Assembly (NCBI GenBank): GCA_031267825.1
Contig: JAIRYJ010000007.1
Span: 1-64,000 of the forward strand
Length of the DNA stretch: 64,000 nt
Reading direction: 5' to 3'
Origin: Bifidobacteriaceae bacterium
GTDB lineage: Bacteria; Actinomycetota; Actinomycetes; Actinomycetales; WQXJ01
The translations under genes were made by a program, and so were the position numbers. Below, in pieces: positions 61,953 to 64,000 of the stretch (the first letter of the stretch is position 1; each line of letters starts with the position of its first letter). The notes below the pieces were generated by a model, which saw only the letters and a program-made list of their open reading frames with translations, searched no databases and was not told the DNA's origin.

Positions 61953-64000
61953 GTGTCTGGAACGGAAAGCGGGCTTCCTCCAACCAGGAGGGCACGGCGT
62001 GAAGCCGCCGAGTTGGCCCGCCAGACCGGTCAAATCCAGCCCATCCCGGCGTCCGCTGGTCCAGTTCCGGGCGCGTGGCAGCCGCCCGTAGGACCACCGC
62101 CGGTAGAGCCGCCAGTTTCAGTGTCGGCCGCGTGGCAGCCGCCCGTAGGACCACCGCCGGTAGAGCCGCCAGCCCCGGTTGACAATTCCCAGCCGTTGAC
62201 GCGCGCCGCCTTGCGCCGCCAGCGCCTTGAAATGCCCGATGCCGTCCCACCAGTCCCGCAACCACAGCCGTTTGGTGGTGACGCCCGTTCCGCCCGCCAG
62301 CCGTCGCCCGCCTGGGATACCGGGCGGCCAGGGTCACAGCCGGGAACAGAACCTGTCCGTCCGCCGCGCTATGAGCCAGTCTCACAGCCGCCCCGGCCCG
62401 ATGCCGCCCCACCAGTCCCGCGGTCAGCTCCGTTCGGTGGGGACATCCGGCCAGGTCAGCGGTCAGTGCCGCCGCAGCCGGTGCCGCAGTTGACCAGGCC
62501 AGTCAATCCGGCCGCCACCGCCCGGCGTTACCGGACTGGAGGAACCCTGCCGCTAGCCCCTGGCGATGAGCCGCCGGTCCGCCCGGCCGCCTCCGGCCAG
62601 GGCCAGCCCGGTCTGGTGCCTGGCACCAGCCTTCCGCCTGCTGGCGCTGGCGCAGGTCCCGGTCAGCCGCCCGGTCGGCCGCCGAGTTCTGATCAGCGGT
62701 CTGGTCAGGTTCCAGGCCCCGGCCAACGACCTGTTCAGACCCCAGGCCCCGGAGCCAGGGCCGTCGAATGGCCGCCGAGCCGCCAGGACCGCCGGGCGGC
62801 GGATCCAGCCGCACCGGATCCAGCCGCACCGCCGACATCGTTCGACGATTTTGGATCGGTCACCACGGGCCCGGCCCGTCTTGCTCCAGCGGTAGCCCCA
62901 GAACCATTGCCGCCGCCAACTCCCCGTCACGGTATCCCTGAGGAGTGGATTCCTCATTTGCCAGGGACTCCACCAAAAGCCTGGGCGGCCCAGGCCGATC
63001 CCGCTCCGCGGGTACCGAGCTTCTTTTCGGGTCCGGTGGCGCGGCCACCGGTTGTTGGCCCGCCGCCAACCGCCGGGCAGCTAGGGCCAATGCCACCAGG
63101 CCAGCCAGACCAGGCTGACGCTTTGTCTTGGCTAGATGAGCCTCCTGATACTGCCCGCGGCACCGGTAACCAGCCGGGCATCTGGTCCGCCAGCCAGGCC
63201 AGCCAGGCCGGACCCGGCCTCTACCAGCCACCACCAGTTCCGCCCGAACAGATTCAGGCGCACTCGGCCGGGTTGGAGACAGTCCGCTATCGCGGCCGGA
63301 CTCCCGGGGCCGATTCAACCCAGGACATGGTCGCGGTCCGGGAAGACATACCCCAGCTAGGCGACGGACCAACTAGATCAGACGGGCAGTCTGGCCAAGC
63401 GGTCCTGACAGCGCCCGGCCAGGCCGAGCCAGCGGGCCAGGCTGTCATGGCGGCGGCCGGTCAAGCCGGTCAGCCAGGCCAAGTTGTCCCAATAGCTAGC
63501 CAAGCCGACCCAACCGCCGACTCGTCTGAACCGCTAGATGACACGCAGTGGCATCATCGCGCGTCAAGTGCGCTCGGATTCCATCCGCCACGCTGGCACA
63601 TGACCCGTGGCCGGACAATCGGCCTTGTGGTGGCCGCTGTGCTGCTGGTGATCGGCGTACCGTTTGGCATCCTGTACGCCAACGGCACAATCCACTTCGG
63701 CGGCGAGCCAACCGCCCTCGAAGAACCAGCGGCCACACCATCACCAGGTGACGAGGGAGCCACCGACTGGTCCCTCCAACAGACCTTCGTTTCGGGCGAT
63801 TTTGTCCTAGAAATCTTGTCCTACCAAGACTCGCTGCCCGCTTTGAACACTGACGGCAGTGAGATCGCCGAACGCGGCCAATGGGTCCTGATTGAAATCC
63901 GTGTCCGCAACAACGGTCCTGAAGAAGGCACATTCGTGCCGGATCAGCAGCGGCTGCTAACCAACAAGGGCGAAACGTACCTTGATGAACCGGCTTCCGT
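61953..64000 (+). CDS. Large Pro-rich membrane protein (partial, continues past window end): long proline-rich low-complexity N-terminal region, single TM, C-terminal DUF4352-like domain
   Basis: Uninterrupted + frame from GTG 61953 to the window end (over 680 codons) with strong GC3 bias. Repeated AWQPPVGPPPVEPP. TM TIGLVVAAVLLVIGVPFGIL. C-terminal GQWVLIEIRVRNNGPEEGTF. Missed by the ORF track because there is no stop inside the window. The overlapping minus-strand ORFs are Arg-rich antisense artefacts. Confidence 0.5.
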   Translation, partial: MSGTESGLPPTRRARREAAELARQTGQIQPIPASAGPVPGAWQPPVGPPPVEPPVSVSAAWQPPVGPPPVEPPAPVDNSQPLTRAALRRQRLEMPDAVPPVPQPQPFGGDARSARQPSPAWDTGRPGSQPGTEPVRPPRYEPVSQPPRPDAAPPVPRSAPFGGDIRPGQRSVPPQPVPQLTRPVNPAATARRYRTGGTLPLAPGDEPPVRPAASGQGQPGLVPGTSLPPAGAGAGPGQPPGRPPSSDQRSGQVPGPGQRPVQTPGPGARAVEWPPSRQDRRAADPAAPDPAAPPTSFDDFGSVTTGPARLAPAVAPEPLPPPTPRHGIPEEWIPHLPGTPPKAWAAQADPAPRVPSFFSGPVARPPVVGPPPTAGQLGPMPPGQPDQADALSWLDEPPDTARGTGNQPGIWSASQASQAGPGLYQPPPVPPEQIQAHSAGLETVRYRGRTPGADSTQDMVAVREDIPQLGDGPTRSDGQSGQAVLTAPGQAEPAGQAVMAAAGQAGQPGQVVPIASQADPTADSSEPLDDTQWHHRASSALGFHPPRWHMTRGRTIGLVVAAVLLVIGVPFGILYANGTIHFGGEPTALEEPAATPSPGDEGATDWSLQQTFVSGDFVLEILSYQDSLPALNTDGSEIAERGQWVLIEIRVRNNGPEEGTFVPDQQRLLTNKGETYLDEPAS

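Noticed and set aside
61945-63933. Series of minus-strand ORFs (61945-62412, 62503-62838, 62553-62957, 62860-63372, 63496-63933)
   Set aside because: All are Arg-rich antisense readings of CCG/CCA proline codons. The + strand frame is continuous with a TM and a folded C-terminal domain.

Overview
This is a high-GC (~60-65%) chromosomal segment from an Actinomycetota genome; the gene content suggests an Actinomycetaceae- or Bifidobacteriaceae-like organism. It is mostly core metabolism and housekeeping. The identifiable blocks are listed below in window order. The 6-frame ORF track omits the two genes that run off the window edges, and many of its starts appear over-extended and were re-set here.

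- **Rhamnose genes (1-2400):** partial L-rhamnose isomerase, a LacI-type regulator and a rhamnose mutarotase.
- **Small accessory islet (2460-4770):** an IS30-type transposase remnant plus about 1.2 kb of lower-GC cargo encoding three small ORFs, bracketed by an imperfect 82-bp direct repeat that duplicates the leader of the ribokinase gene.
- **Ribokinase** (4776-5735), followed by a membrane-anchored M16-like metallopeptidase with proline-rich tandem repeats and an unknown partner gene (5928-8887).
- **HspR-controlled heat-shock operon dnaK-grpE-dnaJ-hspR (9665-14029):** an HAIR operator precedes dnaK, a second HAIR-like element precedes clpB (35147-37821), and the DnaJ has no zinc finger. 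A vapBC-like toxin-antitoxin pair follows at 14118-14754.
- **Other core genes (14882-23042):** a SWIM/SNF2 helicase, an NfeD-flotillin pair, aspartokinase and aspartate-semialdehyde dehydrogenase.
- **GntR-regulated catabolic locus (23070-32959, minus strand):** a DHDPS/NanA-family lyase, two unknown genes (one markedly lower in GC), a peptide-type ABC transporter and a six-hairpin glycosidase-like protein.
- **Envelope and redox genes (33058-35070):** a GT4 glycosyltransferase and a DsbA-like protein.
- **Lipoprotein and tandem ATPases (38223-42733):** an LppM-like lipoprotein and two paralogous Arch_ATPase/AAA+ proteins with winged-helix domains (the second also carries TPR repeats); their function is unknown.
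- **Maltodextrin locus (42955-49785):** malE-malF-malG, a MalZ-like GH13 glucosidase and a LacI/MalR regulator with CTTGCAA-type operators.
- **Remaining genes (49799-61767):** tRNA-Ser(GGA), a divergent arsR-arsM pair, tgt, sdhCAB, a class A PBP with a PASTA domain, threonine aldolase, and a LytR_C protein.
- **Uncalled structures:** a structured tandem repeat element of about 360 bp (59064-59427) sits between the convergent PBP and threonine aldolase genes, and a large proline-rich membrane protein gene (61953 to the window end) was not called by the ORF track.
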